64,000 bases of DNA from Marinicella sp. (GTDB lineage: Bacteria; Pseudomonadota; Gammaproteobacteria; Xanthomonadales; Marinicellaceae). The position numbers were made by a program, and so were the translations under genes. The stretch covers positions 1,152,001-1,216,000 of the forward strand of contig OZ246001.1 in assembly GCA_965230295.1 (NCBI GenBank), written 5' to 3'. The stretch's first letter is position 1. Each line of letters begins with the position of its first letter. The notes below the pieces were generated by a model that saw only the letters and a list, made by a program, of their open reading frames with translations, was not told the origin of the DNA and searched no databases. Shown one piece after another: positions 10,555-20,146 of this stretch.

Positions 10555-10640
10555 GGGTATACCCTCAATATTAATTACTGGGGCATACGCAGAAACAATG
10601 GACATTGCGCCAAATGAATTTGATTTTTTATTTTGGACAT

Positions 10641-10665
10641 AAAAAAAGGCTCCTTGGGAGCCTTT
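10641..10665 (-). terminator. Intrinsic terminator after the symporter gene
   Basis: AAAGGCTCC-CAA-GGAGCCTTT followed by a T-tract on the minus strand. Confidence 0.8.
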
Positions 10666-10688
10666 CAATTCATTTAAATCATACAGAC

Positions 10689-11948
10689 CTATTCCTTGAT
10701 CACCCCTGCTTTAGGATCATCAAAAACGGTTTGGTCTAGTTGGCCCTGGGATTTGGCCACAATACAAGTCACTGCAGAATCGCCTGTGATATTCACTGCA
10801 GTGCGGGTCATGTCTAATAAGCGATCGATACCTAATATGATGCCGATACCCTCAATGGGTAAGCCCACCTGTAACAACACGCCTTGTAACATCACCAAGC
10901 CAGCAGAAGGTACGCCTGCAGAACCAATTGAAGCCATGGTGGCCATCAACACCACCATCATGATTTGCGTGGTGGTGAGGTCTACACCATAAGCATTGGC
11001 AATGAATACGGTGGCCACACCTTGCATGATGGCGGTGCCATCCATGTTGATGGTGGCACCAAATGGGATGGTGAATGACGCCACTGATTTATCAACACCC
11101 AACCGTTCCGTGTTGGTTCTGAGTGTGACTGGAATGGTGGCATTGGAACTGGAAGTACCAAAGGCAAATGACACAGCCCCTTCCATTTTTTTCAAGAACG
11201 TCAGTGGATTCAAGCCAGACAACAGTTTTAGCAAGACTGGATAAATCACCAAGGCATGGAAGATCAATAAACCCAGTACGGTAAAGAAATAACCAGACAA
11301 GGTTTTGATCGCATCCAATCCAAGTTCGGCGAAGACTTTGGCCAAAATGGCAAACACGGCATAAGGTGCGAAATGCATGATCAACATCACCAGCTTCATG
11401 ATCACTTCATTGAACGCCTTGAAGAAATCAATCACTTGTTCACCGGCTTTGCCAGCCATAGTCGCGCTTAAGCCAAGTAAGATGGCAAACACAATGACGG
11501 CCAACAGATTACCTTCTGCCATGGCTTTGATGGGGTTATCAATGATGCTTAAGATGACTTGTATGAATGTTTTACTTTCCTTCGGAACATAATTGATGTC
11601 TGTGGGAATCTCTGCCCCACTGCCTACCCCTATCAACAAGGCAAAACCCAAAGCAATGCCCAATGCAATGGCAGTGGTCAATAAATAGAAGGCCAGCGTC
11701 CGACCACCTATTGAACCCAGCATGGCCGGATCGCGTAATGCTGTGGTGCCACAGAACAAGGACACAAACACCAAGGGCACCACCATCATCTTCAAGGACA
11801 AGATGAATAACTGGCCAATGGTATAAAACAATCCATTGATGAGGTATTTATCTATCGCCGCATGGGCACTTAAATCTGAGAGGTTGAGGACCAGGCCCAA
11901 AATGGCACCGGCCACCATAAAGATGATGATTTTTTTGGTTAAAGTCAT
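10689..11948 (-). CDS. Dicarboxylate/amino acid:cation symporter (DAACS, GltP-like)
   Basis: AFGTSSSNAT, GATINMDGTA, IDRLLDMTRTAVN. Confidence 0.95.
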   Translation of the reverse strand: MTLTKKIIIFMVAGAILGLVLNLSDLSAHAAIDKYLINGLFYTIGQLFILSLKMMVVPLVFVSLFCGTTALRDPAMLGSIGGRTLAFYLLTTAIALGIALGFALLIGVGSGAEIPTDINYVPKESKTFIQVILSIIDNPIKAMAEGNLLAVIVFAILLGLSATMAGKAGEQVIDFFKAFNEVIMKLVMLIMHFAPYAVFAILAKVFAELGLDAIKTLSGYFFTVLGLLIFHALVIYPVLLKLLSGLNPLTFLKKMEGAVSFAFGTSSSNATIPVTLRTNTERLGVDKSVASFTIPFGATINMDGTAIMQGVATVFIANAYGVDLTTTQIMMVVLMATMASIGSAGVPSAGLVMLQGVLLQVGLPIEGIGIILGIDRLLDMTRTAVNITGDSAVTCIVAKSQGQLDQTVFDDPKAGVIKE

Positions 11949-12028
11949 GTTGTTCTGAAATTTTTGATGCCATGAATGATAGCTCATTCATGGCAAGATT
12001 GCACCTGTGGTTATTCAGCGGCTCTCAG

Positions 12029-13612
12029 TCACCATTGATCAGCTTCAGCCATCTGCCAATCTGCCGACCAAGAATCTGGCCTGTTTGAGTCATCCAACAA
12101 AGCCCCTTTGGCAATGGTCGGGAACATCTCTTCATACGATTTGATGATGGTCCCTTGTAAGCGATGCATGATGTGAGCCGGCTTTAATTCGCCTATTGAT
12201 TTGGCACCCGCCGCACCCAGTAACTCGGCCAAATTTTTCATCATTTGTCCATGATACCTGGCGACTCTTTGGCTTTTATCGCTGACCACCAAACCCACCA
12301 CCCTGGCAGGATCCTGGGTGGCAATGCCAGTCGGACAATGATCGGTGTTACAGGCACGGGACTGGATACAACCCAAGGCAAACATCATGCCACGAGCTGA
12401 ATTGACCGTATCAGCTCCCAAAGCCAAAGCCTTGATCAAATGGAAAGCTGAAAAGATTTTACCCGCAGCAATGACCCTGATTTCATCACGCAAGCCCACT
12501 CCAATGAGCGCATTGTTAACGGTGATCAATGCATCTTTAAGCGGTGTCCCCACTGAATTGGTGAATTCGATGGGTGCCGCACCAGTGCCGCCTTCACTGC
12601 CATCAATGGTGATGAAGTCAGGTTTGATACCGGTTTCCACCATGGCTTTACAAATGGCCAGAAACTCGCTGCGTTTACCCAAACACATTTTAAAACCAAT
12701 CGGTTTACCATCTGACAATTCACGCAATTGTTTAACAAATTGCATCAACCCGACCGGTGAATCAAAGGCCGAATGGTTGGGCGGTGAAAGCACGTCTTTG
12801 CCCATCGAAACATGCCTGATTTCAGCAATTTCTTCAGTCAATTTGACCGCAGGCAAGATGCCACCATGACCGGGCTTGGCACCTTGTGACAACTTAATTT
12901 CAATCATTTTGACTTGTTCCAAAGCGGCTTTTTCTTTGAACAAGTCCGGATCAAAGTTGCCATCTTTATCACGGCAGCCGAAATAACCAGTCCCGAATTG
13001 AAAGATCAGGTCACCGCCATGTTTCTTGTGATAAGGGCTGATACCACCTTCACCGGTGTTGTGAGCGAAACCACCTTTCTTGGCACCCAAATTCAAGGCT
13101 TCGATGGCATTTTTGCTTAAGGAACCATAACTCATGGCAGAGATGTTCATGGGCTTGGCCATATAGGGTTGTTGACATTCCGAGCCACCAAATTTCACAT
13201 GTAAATCATGTGCTTCAATGTGGGTGGGTGAGACGGAATGGTTGATCCATTCATAACCGTCTTGGTTGACATCCATGATGGTACCAAATGGACGCGTGTC
13301 TTTTTGCCCTTTGGCCCGTTGGTATACCAAGGATCGAAATTCCCTGGGTACCGGCGTACCATTCAAATCTGATTCGATGAAATACTGTTGAATTTCAACC
13401 CGAAACGATTCCAACAAATAACGAAAGTGTCCCAATATGGGATATAAGCGTAAAATGGCTCTTTTGGTCTGAAACATGTCATACAATCCCAATACAGCCA
13501 AAGGTCCAATCAACACGAAAAACCACCATGCCATGGGCCAATACTGGGCCCACAACACCACCAAAGCTGGCACCACAATCAATGCCAACACAAACTTTTG
13601 TCTCACTGTCAT
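12029..13612 (-). CDS. FMN-binding glutamate synthase family protein with N-terminal TM helices
   Basis: SAMSYGSLS, NTGEGG, EIKLSQGAKPGHGG, CIQSRACNTDHCPTGIATQ. Confidence 0.92.
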   Translation of the reverse strand: MTVRQKFVLALIVVPALVVLWAQYWPMAWWFFVLIGPLAVLGLYDMFQTKRAILRLYPILGHFRYLLESFRVEIQQYFIESDLNGTPVPREFRSLVYQRAKGQKDTRPFGTIMDVNQDGYEWINHSVSPTHIEAHDLHVKFGGSECQQPYMAKPMNISAMSYGSLSKNAIEALNLGAKKGGFAHNTGEGGISPYHKKHGGDLIFQFGTGYFGCRDKDGNFDPDLFKEKAALEQVKMIEIKLSQGAKPGHGGILPAVKLTEEIAEIRHVSMGKDVLSPPNHSAFDSPVGLMQFVKQLRELSDGKPIGFKMCLGKRSEFLAICKAMVETGIKPDFITIDGSEGGTGAAPIEFTNSVGTPLKDALITVNNALIGVGLRDEIRVIAAGKIFSAFHLIKALALGADTVNSARGMMFALGCIQSRACNTDHCPTGIATQDPARVVGLVVSDKSQRVARYHGQMMKNLAELLGAAGAKSIGELKPAHIMHRLQGTIIKSYEEMFPTIAKGALLDDSNRPDSWSADWQMAEADQW

Positions 13613-13617
13613 TTAAT

Positions 13618-13968
13618 TCAAAACTCCTTCAATACCCAACGCACTGGTTTCACACCTGAGTTGATCAAATCTTTACCTGAGCCTTTCAACTTATCGCGTT
13701 CTAATGGATCGATAAAATAAGGCACACCGTCATTAGGAATGACTTTGACCAAAACCAATTCGCCACGCTGGCGGTATTCTTCAATGGTTTGTTTTTTCTG
13801 CACAATGACTTTCACGCTGGTGGCATCTGCCGCAGGCTGGGTCAATTCGGCCAAAGTTTCAGCATCAGCGCCTGGCGGTGAATCATCATCTTGATTGACC
13901 GTTTCAGTTTGTGACCAAGAAACACCACAAAATACCAGTCCCAGGGCCATCCAAATACATCTTCTCAT
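13618..13968 (-). CDS. Periplasmic DUF2782-like protein
   Basis: Signal peptide; IEEYR..G....VKV.P..G.PYF and W.L..F C-terminus; RBS GAGGAG. Confidence 0.7.
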   Translation of the reverse strand: MRRCIWMALGLVFCGVSWSQTETVNQDDDSPPGADAETLAELTQPAADATSVKVIVQKKQTIEEYRQRGELVLVKVIPNDGVPYFIDPLERDKLKGSGKDLINSGVKPVRWVLKEF

Positions 13969-14126
13969 CTGCCTCTCCTCTTTGAGTTGAACCAAAACCC
14001 TTTCCGAGCCTTTGGCTTTAAATACTGACCCCTACAAACTGTAAATTATGACAAATAAATGCCAGCACACTTTGTACCCTCTCTTACATGATATAATGAA
14101 TACCCACATTTTGAAATCTGTTTTTA

Positions 14127-14621
14127 ATGTTAAACACCATGCCAAAACCTCAAAGTTTAATTGCCTTCTTGATGCTTACATCGCTGCTTATCGGCTGTTC
14201 TAACGAACCACAGTTAGACAAAAAAACCAAGTTGATGAACACCCTCACTGCCATGGAAACGGCCATTGAAGCCAAAGGTGTTGATGAATTTTTCACTCAT
14301 GTCAGTGATGACTTTGTCAGTCAGAAACGCGGCTGGGGTAAAAAAGATGCCGAACGTATATTGCGCATCAGATTGATGAAGAACAAAACAGTGCATGTAC
14401 ACCAAATGGTCAAGCGAGTTGAATGGCTGAACAACGGCGACCAGCAAGCCGAAGTTGAAGTGGTGGCGGCCATGGCTGGCACCGACATCAGCTTAAACGA
14501 CTTGCCTTCTTTCCGTGGTGACATGGTTAAATTCATCGTGACCTTTGAATTGATTAACGACGATTACATCATCACCCAAACCGAATGGCAACGAGCCAAC
14601 CCGGCAGATTTTGTGTTTTGA
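14127..14621 (+). CDS. Lipoprotein, probable NTF2-like fold
   Basis: Lipobox LLIGC; helix then HVSDDF and a beta-strand pattern. Confidence 0.65.
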   Translation: MLNTMPKPQSLIAFLMLTSLLIGCSNEPQLDKKTKLMNTLTAMETAIEAKGVDEFFTHVSDDFVSQKRGWGKKDAERILRIRLMKNKTVHVHQMVKRVEWLNNGDQQAEVEVVAAMAGTDISLNDLPSFRGDMVKFIVTFELINDDYIITQTEWQRANPADFVF

Positions 14622-14675
14622 TGAGCAGTTGTTAAAAAGAACAACTTAACCAATGTAACCAGAAATAACCAACCA

Positions 14676-14710
14676 CCGAATTCCCGGCGAAGGCCGGGAT
14701 CCAGTGTCTT
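14676..14710 (+). repeat. REP-like palindrome (copy 1)
   Basis: CCGAATTCCCGGC-GAAG-GCCGGGATCCAGTGTCTT; related to the copy at 24761-24795. Confidence 0.7.
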
Positions 14711-14785
14711 TCTGAATCATCATTCAGCCATCATGATATTTGATTCTCGGAGGTAGAAGCAAATCATGAGGTGGCAACAGCAATT

Positions 14786-15505
14786 TTAAACGGATTCAAC
14801 TGCCTCACACATGGCCCCATCACTGGGGTTTGCGGCCACATGGATGTCGGTAAAGCCCAGCTCTTGGGCTGCTTCCTTGATTCGATCAGACGCTACCACC
14901 AATGGCAAATCCAAAATTTGGGCCGCATTTAGAGTGTCTATTTGACCCATAAAATGCTGCAAAATGCCAACACTGGTGGCAGTCAAAACCACAGCATCCA
15001 TGTTTTTTAACAAGGCATTCAGTGCTGAATTCTCCAGGGACAAAGGTACCCGTTCATAAGTATTGATTTGGCTGTAACTGATGCGCTGTTGCATGCAATA
15101 CTTTTTGATCAAATCCCGTCCACTGCTGGCAGTTAAAATCTTGATTGAATCAGGCTTTAACTGTTGTATCAACTCAATCACCCCTTCTGAATTCATTTGA
15201 GGGTGTGAAGCAATGGGGTGGTTAAAATGTTGTTGCCAGGCTTTTACTACGGCCGGTCCGACTGCAATCACTGGTGTGTTTGTTTCAGGCTGCCAATCTG
15301 GGGCTATCAACAACGCATGTTCGAGGGCATTCACACTGAGAATCACCCACACATCAGCGTGGCTTTGAAGCCATTTACCTTGCACCGATGGATTGGTTTG
15401 AATGGCAAAACATGGCGCCAAAAACACATCAAACCCTGCTTGTTGGTATACCGCAGCGGTTTGTTCAAGGCTGGTTTGGGGGCGTGTGAGGATGACTGTG
15501 GTCAT
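14786..15505 (-). CDS. hemD: Uroporphyrinogen-III synthase
   Basis: VILTRP, SVNA, AVGP, YERV, TATS; follows hemC. Confidence 0.9.
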   Translation of the reverse strand: MTTVILTRPQTSLEQTAAVYQQAGFDVFLAPCFAIQTNPSVQGKWLQSHADVWVILSVNALEHALLIAPDWQPETNTPVIAVGPAVVKAWQQHFNHPIASHPQMNSEGVIELIQQLKPDSIKILTASSGRDLIKKYCMQQRISYSQINTYERVPLSLENSALNALLKNMDAVVLTATSVGILQHFMGQIDTLNAAQILDLPLVVASDRIKEAAQELGFTDIHVAANPSDGAMCEAVESV

Positions 15506-15511
15506 CTGGGC

Positions 15512-16426
15512 TCACTCTGCCAAAGCCAATATTTCTGCGGCCCCTTGGCTCAACAGTTCATCGGCCACATAATCACCCAGCTTTTGTGGATCATAGCCTT
15601 GTTGTTTGGCGGTCACAGCCTGGCTTCCATCGGGTGAAAAAACAGCAGCCTTCAGAGCTATGGTGTCATCAAGGTGGTAGGTGGCCAGTGCGCCTATGGC
15701 TACCGAACATGAACCATTCAGCTTTGAATTCAAAGCCCTTTCTGCCTGGACACATTGCCATGTTTGCTGGTCTGATAAAGCAGCCAGCACTTGTGCCAAT
15801 TCAGTGTTATTCGCCAGACACTCAATGCCCACCGCGCCTTGTGAAACCGCTGGCAACCAATCAGGTGCCGTCAATCGACTTTTGATGCGATCATCAAAAC
15901 CCAATCTGATTAAACCAGCTGAGGCCAAAATGATGGCATCGTATTGTCCATCATCCAATTTTTGCAGCCGGCTGTTTACATTGCCACGCAACGGTTGAAT
16001 GTCCAGATCAGGCCTTATTGACAACAACTGGGATTGGCGACGCAAACTTGAAGTGCCTACCACAGCACCAGATGGCAAGTCAGCCAGCTGTTGGTAATGG
16101 TTGGAAACAAAGGCATCACTTTCATCAGCCCTGGGAAACACCGCACATATCTGAAATTCTGCAGGCAGATCAGCGGGTACATCCTTCATGGAATGTACCG
16201 CAATGTCGGCTTGACCTGCCAACATGGCCTGTTCAAGTTCCTTTAAAAACAGGCCTTTGCCACCGATTTTATTTAAAGTCACTTCCAAACGTTGATCACC
16301 TTCTGTTGTCATCGGTAACAATTGGGTCTTGAACGGGGTTTTGGCTTCGATGATGGCAGCCACATATTTACTTTGCCACAAGGCCAAGGCCGATTCACGG
16401 GTAGCGATGGTGATGGTTTTTTTCAT
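15512..16426 (-). CDS. hemC: Hydroxymethylbilane synthase
   Basis: IATRES.LALWQ, GGKGLF, AVHSMKDVP, GTSSLRR. Confidence 0.98.
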   Translation of the reverse strand: MKKTITIATRESALALWQSKYVAAIIEAKTPFKTQLLPMTTEGDQRLEVTLNKIGGKGLFLKELEQAMLAGQADIAVHSMKDVPADLPAEFQICAVFPRADESDAFVSNHYQQLADLPSGAVVGTSSLRRQSQLLSIRPDLDIQPLRGNVNSRLQKLDDGQYDAIILASAGLIRLGFDDRIKSRLTAPDWLPAVSQGAVGIECLANNTELAQVLAALSDQQTWQCVQAERALNSKLNGSCSVAIGALATYHLDDTIALKAAVFSPDGSQAVTAKQQGYDPQKLGDYVADELLSQGAAEILALAE

Positions 16427-17106
16427 AATTCCTTGAGTAACTTCTTAACTGTGGGTAACTGCCGTCGGCTGATGACCGGTTGAATGCTGACATTTTCCAG
16501 CAATGCCATCGGTGACTGCCCAGAACTGAGGTGAATACCCTTCAAGTATTGGGTGTTGATCAAGGCATTGCGATGAATCCTAAGAAACATGGGATGTGAA
16601 TTTTCAATCTCTGCCAAACTCTGATCCAATAAAATGGTTTGGTCACTTAAATGAGCTGTCACGTATTTATCTTCAGCCATCAAACAAATGATGTCATTGA
16701 TACTCACCATGATCACATCGTTGCCACGTTTGACCCGTATTTTATCATGAGTACAACTGAAGCCAACTTTTTCTATCGCCTGTTTCAACCGATCCAATGA
16801 CAACGGTTTCAACAAATAATCGGCAGCGGACAGATCAAAGGCTTTCAAGGCAAATTCATCATGGGCTGTTGAAAACACGATTGGGATACTCGGGTGTTGT
16901 TGCTTGATGATGGCCGCGGCTTCAATGCCATCCAATTCCGGCATTTCAATGTCCATAAACACCAGGTCCGGCAAATGTTTACTGACCATGGCCACCCCTT
17001 CGGCCCCATGACTGGCCTCAATCACTTGATCAAACTCAAGGTGGTTGAGCATTGATTTTAAGCGCATCCTGGCCAATGGTTCATCATCGACTATCAATAT
17101 ATTCAT
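16423..17106 (-). CDS. algR: LytTR family response regulator (AlgR-like)
   Basis: VDDEPLAR, DIEMP, DYLLKP, AEDKYV, RIHRN; upstream of hemC. Confidence 0.85.
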   Translation of the reverse strand: MNILIVDDEPLARMRLKSMLNHLEFDQVIEASHGAEGVAMVSKHLPDLVFMDIEMPELDGIEAAAIIKQQHPSIPIVFSTAHDEFALKAFDLSAADYLLKPLSLDRLKQAIEKVGFSCTHDKIRVKRGNDVIMVSINDIICLMAEDKYVTAHLSDQTILLDQSLAEIENSHPMFLRIHRNALINTQYLKGIHLSSGQSPMALLENVSIQPVISRRQLPTVKKLLKEL

Positions 17107-18134
17107 AGTTTTACCTCCCACTGGGCAGTGAACACATCTTCTGCCTTGACCTGCATGTTTGCTTTGTCACCATAAGTCAAAGCCAATCGTTGACGGATGC
17201 TGTCCAAACCTGTTTGTGATCCAGACTGAACGCGTTCCTCACGATAAGGATTGGTGACGGTTACTCGAAAACCTGGCTTGGTTTTTTCCACCTTCAAGTG
17301 AATCAATCCACCTTGTGTTAAATGCTGAATGCCATGAATCACAGCATTTTCAACCAGCGGTTGGATCGATAATAAGGGAACCTTTTGTTCAATCAAACCC
17401 TCTTCAACTTCAATTTCATAATCCAAACGATCCATCAACCGCAATTGTTCGATCGCCAAGTACTCACGGATCCACTCTAACTCCTTCTCAAGTGTGGTCA
17501 TGCTCTGATCTGGATTTGAGAAGGCTTTTCTGAACAGCCCGGATAAGTTCAGCACGGCTTTCTCAGCAGCGTGGTGATCAATGGGAATCAATGAAGCAAT
17601 TGAGTTCAGTGAATTGTATAAAAAGTGCGGCTTGATTCTGGCTTGCAGTGCATTCATCTGTGCTTTGGCCAAGGCTTCAACCTGACCTGACCATTGATCC
17701 TGCACATAAAAATAACGCAACAAGGCCAGCAAGGTCATACCGGTGGCCACGCTGATTTTTAAAGTTGTCAGTTTGTTGTTATCAATCAGATCAAATTGCA
17801 ATGCCTGATCAATCCAGCTCAACAACATAGTATAAGTTGCTGCCAGTAACAAGGTCATCAGTAACAATAAAATGACGCCTGGAAGCACTTTGAGCCGATT
17901 AAAAAACTGCCCCAATGCGGTTAACAGGATAATGACACTGATGGCGATCAACTGGGCCAACAAACTCAAAACAGCCAACCTATTGAGGTAATCAAACTCA
18001 AAGGTGAGGAAACTCAAAGAGTAAACAAGCACCATCATTTCAGCCACCACGATGATGGTAAAAATACGCATCGGATCGGAAAAGTCAGCCAGCCAGGGTC
18101 TGAAATTATGGTTATTTTGTGGATTCATGTGCAA
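17103..18134 (-). CDS. algZ: LytS-type sensor histidine kinase (AlgZ/FimS-like)
   Basis: TM helices, ALQARIKPHFLYNSLN, QPLVENAVIHG. Confidence 0.85.
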   Translation of the reverse strand: MHMNPQNNHNFRPWLADFSDPMRIFTIIVVAEMMVLVYSLSFLTFEFDYLNRLAVLSLLAQLIAISVIILLTALGQFFNRLKVLPGVILLLLMTLLLAATYTMLLSWIDQALQFDLIDNNKLTTLKISVATGMTLLALLRYFYVQDQWSGQVEALAKAQMNALQARIKPHFLYNSLNSIASLIPIDHHAAEKAVLNLSGLFRKAFSNPDQSMTTLEKELEWIREYLAIEQLRLMDRLDYEIEVEEGLIEQKVPLLSIQPLVENAVIHGIQHLTQGGLIHLKVEKTKPGFRVTVTNPYREERVQSGSQTGLDSIRQRLALTYGDKANMQVKAEDVFTAQWEVKL

Positions 18135-18236
18135 ATAATGCCTTGTTATTGGTTAATTATTCATCGTTTTAGTTGATTTATTGACCATTTTATAGAAAAA
18201 TCCTAAAAGTTCAGTACCCTATTTTATTAATTAATC

Positions 18237-18578
18237 ATGAAAGTTGGAATTTTCACAATCCTTTTGCTGTTATTAGGCGGCTTTGCCCAAGCTGGCGATG
18301 TTTCGTGCCAAGTTGATTTACTGAAGCCAAAAATCAATGCGGTTGTGATTGAAGAAGAAATCAACAAACCAGCGACCATGACCGTTGCCGAAGCCAGACT
18401 CAGGCTTCAAAACAGCCGAAATACCGAACAACCTGATGAGCAGCAAGAAGAAGGCGGTGAAGAAAATGACGAACCTGTTCAAACTGAAGACACTGAAGTG
18501 ACCGCAAAAAAAGAATCTCGCATGGGCGGCATTTTTGACATCCTGCTACCATCAAAACTCAGGAATCCTGTTAAGTAA
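18237..18578 (+). CDS. Secreted hypothetical protein with acidic linker
   Basis: Signal peptide ending AQA, E-rich centre. Confidence 0.65.
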   Translation: MKVGIFTILLLLLGGFAQAGDVSCQVDLLKPKINAVVIEEEINKPATMTVAEARLRLQNSRNTEQPDEQQEEGGEENDEPVQTEDTEVTAKKESRMGGIFDILLPSKLRNPVK

Positions 18579-18635
18579 ATCTGACTTTACTTGAACAACA
18601 TACCAATTACACCCAAATTTTTGGACTCCATTCAC

Positions 18636-19088
18636 ATGTCGCAGCTGCAACAATTCCAGGCATTTTTATATGCAAATATTCCCTTGGTCAGCCACATGCA
18701 AATGCAATTGCTTGATTTGGACAGTGACAGAATCCTGGCATCAGCACCCCTGTCACCCAACATCAATGACAAAGCCACTGTTTTTGGTGGCAGCAGCGCA
18801 GCCCTGATGACCATTTGTGGTTGGTCGTTGATCAAGATGAACCTGGAAGGCGTCCAGGTATCCAATGATGTGGTCATACACCATTCGAAATTGAATTGGC
18901 ACCAGGCACAAAGAGATGACATGAAAATCAAGGCCAGCCTCAGCGAGCCACTGGACTGGCTGGAAATCGCTGAAAACATTCAAAGTAAAAACCGTGCCAC
19001 CAAAATCAAGGTACACAGCCAGATCATGAATCAAGCCGGAGAACGATGCAGTGACATGCATGCCAGTTACGTCATCTTGAAACAATAA
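18636..19088 (+). CDS. YiiD C-terminal (hot-dog thioesterase) domain protein
   Basis: IPLV..M, APL.PNINDK.T.FGGS..ALMT..GW. Confidence 0.85.
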   Translation: MSQLQQFQAFLYANIPLVSHMQMQLLDLDSDRILASAPLSPNINDKATVFGGSSAALMTICGWSLIKMNLEGVQVSNDVVIHHSKLNWHQAQRDDMKIKASLSEPLDWLEIAENIQSKNRATKIKVHSQIMNQAGERCSDMHASYVILKQ

Positions 19089-19184
19089 CAGCTAAAAGAC
19101 CATAGCTTGATTATTTTAATTTTTTTTTAATGCCCGATATGTCATACTCTTAGTACCATTGTTTTCGTCAAATAGGATAGCAGC

Positions 19185-19592
19185 ATGAAAAAAATCACCA
19201 TCATCATTTTAGTCTGTGTCTTGTTGTCAGCTTGTGGCGGCAAGATGAGTAAAAAACAATCACTAGACCACACCTTATACCAATATGCCAAAGTGATGAG
19301 ATGGGCAGATTTTAATACGGCGATGACCTTCTTCAGCCCTGATATGGAAACAGCGAACAAACCTTCTAACACCGACATTGAACGGTTGAAACAATTTGGA
19401 GTCAGTTCCTATGTGGCCTCCCCCATCCTACCTGGCGATCATGAGAACCGCATCAATCAGGACGTACAGATTAAACTTTACAATGTACACACCAAAAGGG
19501 AAAAAGTGGTGATCGATCGACAAACCTGGGAATATGACGATGAAACCAAGCGTTGGTTGTTACTCAGCGGCTTACCCAAAATAGTCAACTGA
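19185..19592 (+). CDS. Lipoprotein, hypothetical
   Basis: Lipobox LLSAC; L..Y...MRW..F and W.YD....RW.L motifs. Confidence 0.7.
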   Translation: MKKITIIILVCVLLSACGGKMSKKQSLDHTLYQYAKVMRWADFNTAMTFFSPDMETANKPSNTDIERLKQFGVSSYVASPILPGDHENRINQDVQIKLYNVHTKREKVVIDRQTWEYDDETKRWLLLSGLPKIVN

Positions 19593-19613
19593 CTCTCTGA
19601 GTCAACCACTCAC

Positions 19614-19970
19614 ATGCCAGACAAAATACTCATCAGGCAATTGCATGTGGATGCCATCATTGGCATCCATGATTGGGAAAAGGCTCAAAAGCAGCCGTTG
19701 TTTATTGACCTGGACTTGAAATATGATTGCTTGCTGGCATCAAAAACCGATGACATCAAAGACGCACTGGATTATTTCAAAGTCTGCGCAGAAGTCACTG
19801 AGTTTATCAGCAACAGTCGCTTTGAACTGATCGAAACTTTGGCCGAACAAATCACCCAATTGCTGTTTCAGAAGTTTCCGGTTAAAAAGGTGAAACTGAA
19901 TTTGTACAAACCCAATGCCGTGGAAAATGCCCAGACTGTAGGTCTGAGCATCACCAGAAAGCACCCTTAA
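19614..19970 (+). CDS. folB: Dihydroneopterin aldolase
   Basis: IIGIHDWE, ALDY, FELIETLAE, KP.A. Confidence 0.95.
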   Translation: MPDKILIRQLHVDAIIGIHDWEKAQKQPLFIDLDLKYDCLLASKTDDIKDALDYFKVCAEVTEFISNSRFELIETLAEQITQLLFQKFPVKKVKLNLYKPNAVENAQTVGLSITRKHP

Positions 19971-19984
19971 AGCCGTTTAATCAA

Positions 19985-20145
19985 GGAATGTTCTTGGGGC
20001 TTCATTCACTTCGTCAAACCACCATGATTCCATTCACGCGCTACAGCATTCTAGGTAGGCTTCTTCATCTTCGATAAAACCGCCAACCTTTCATCACCTG
20101 CGCTGCCTAATCGGCTCGGCGGGTCAAGCTGCTCAGCAGCTTTCC
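19985..20145. repeat. Bipartite hairpin repeat element, full copy A
   Basis: Starts GGAATGTTCTTGGGGCTTCATTCACTT, ends GGTCAAGCTGC-TCA-GCAGCTTTCC; ends shared with 58868-59018, 43501, 47634 and 62935. Confidence 0.7.
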
Positions 20146-20146
20146 T

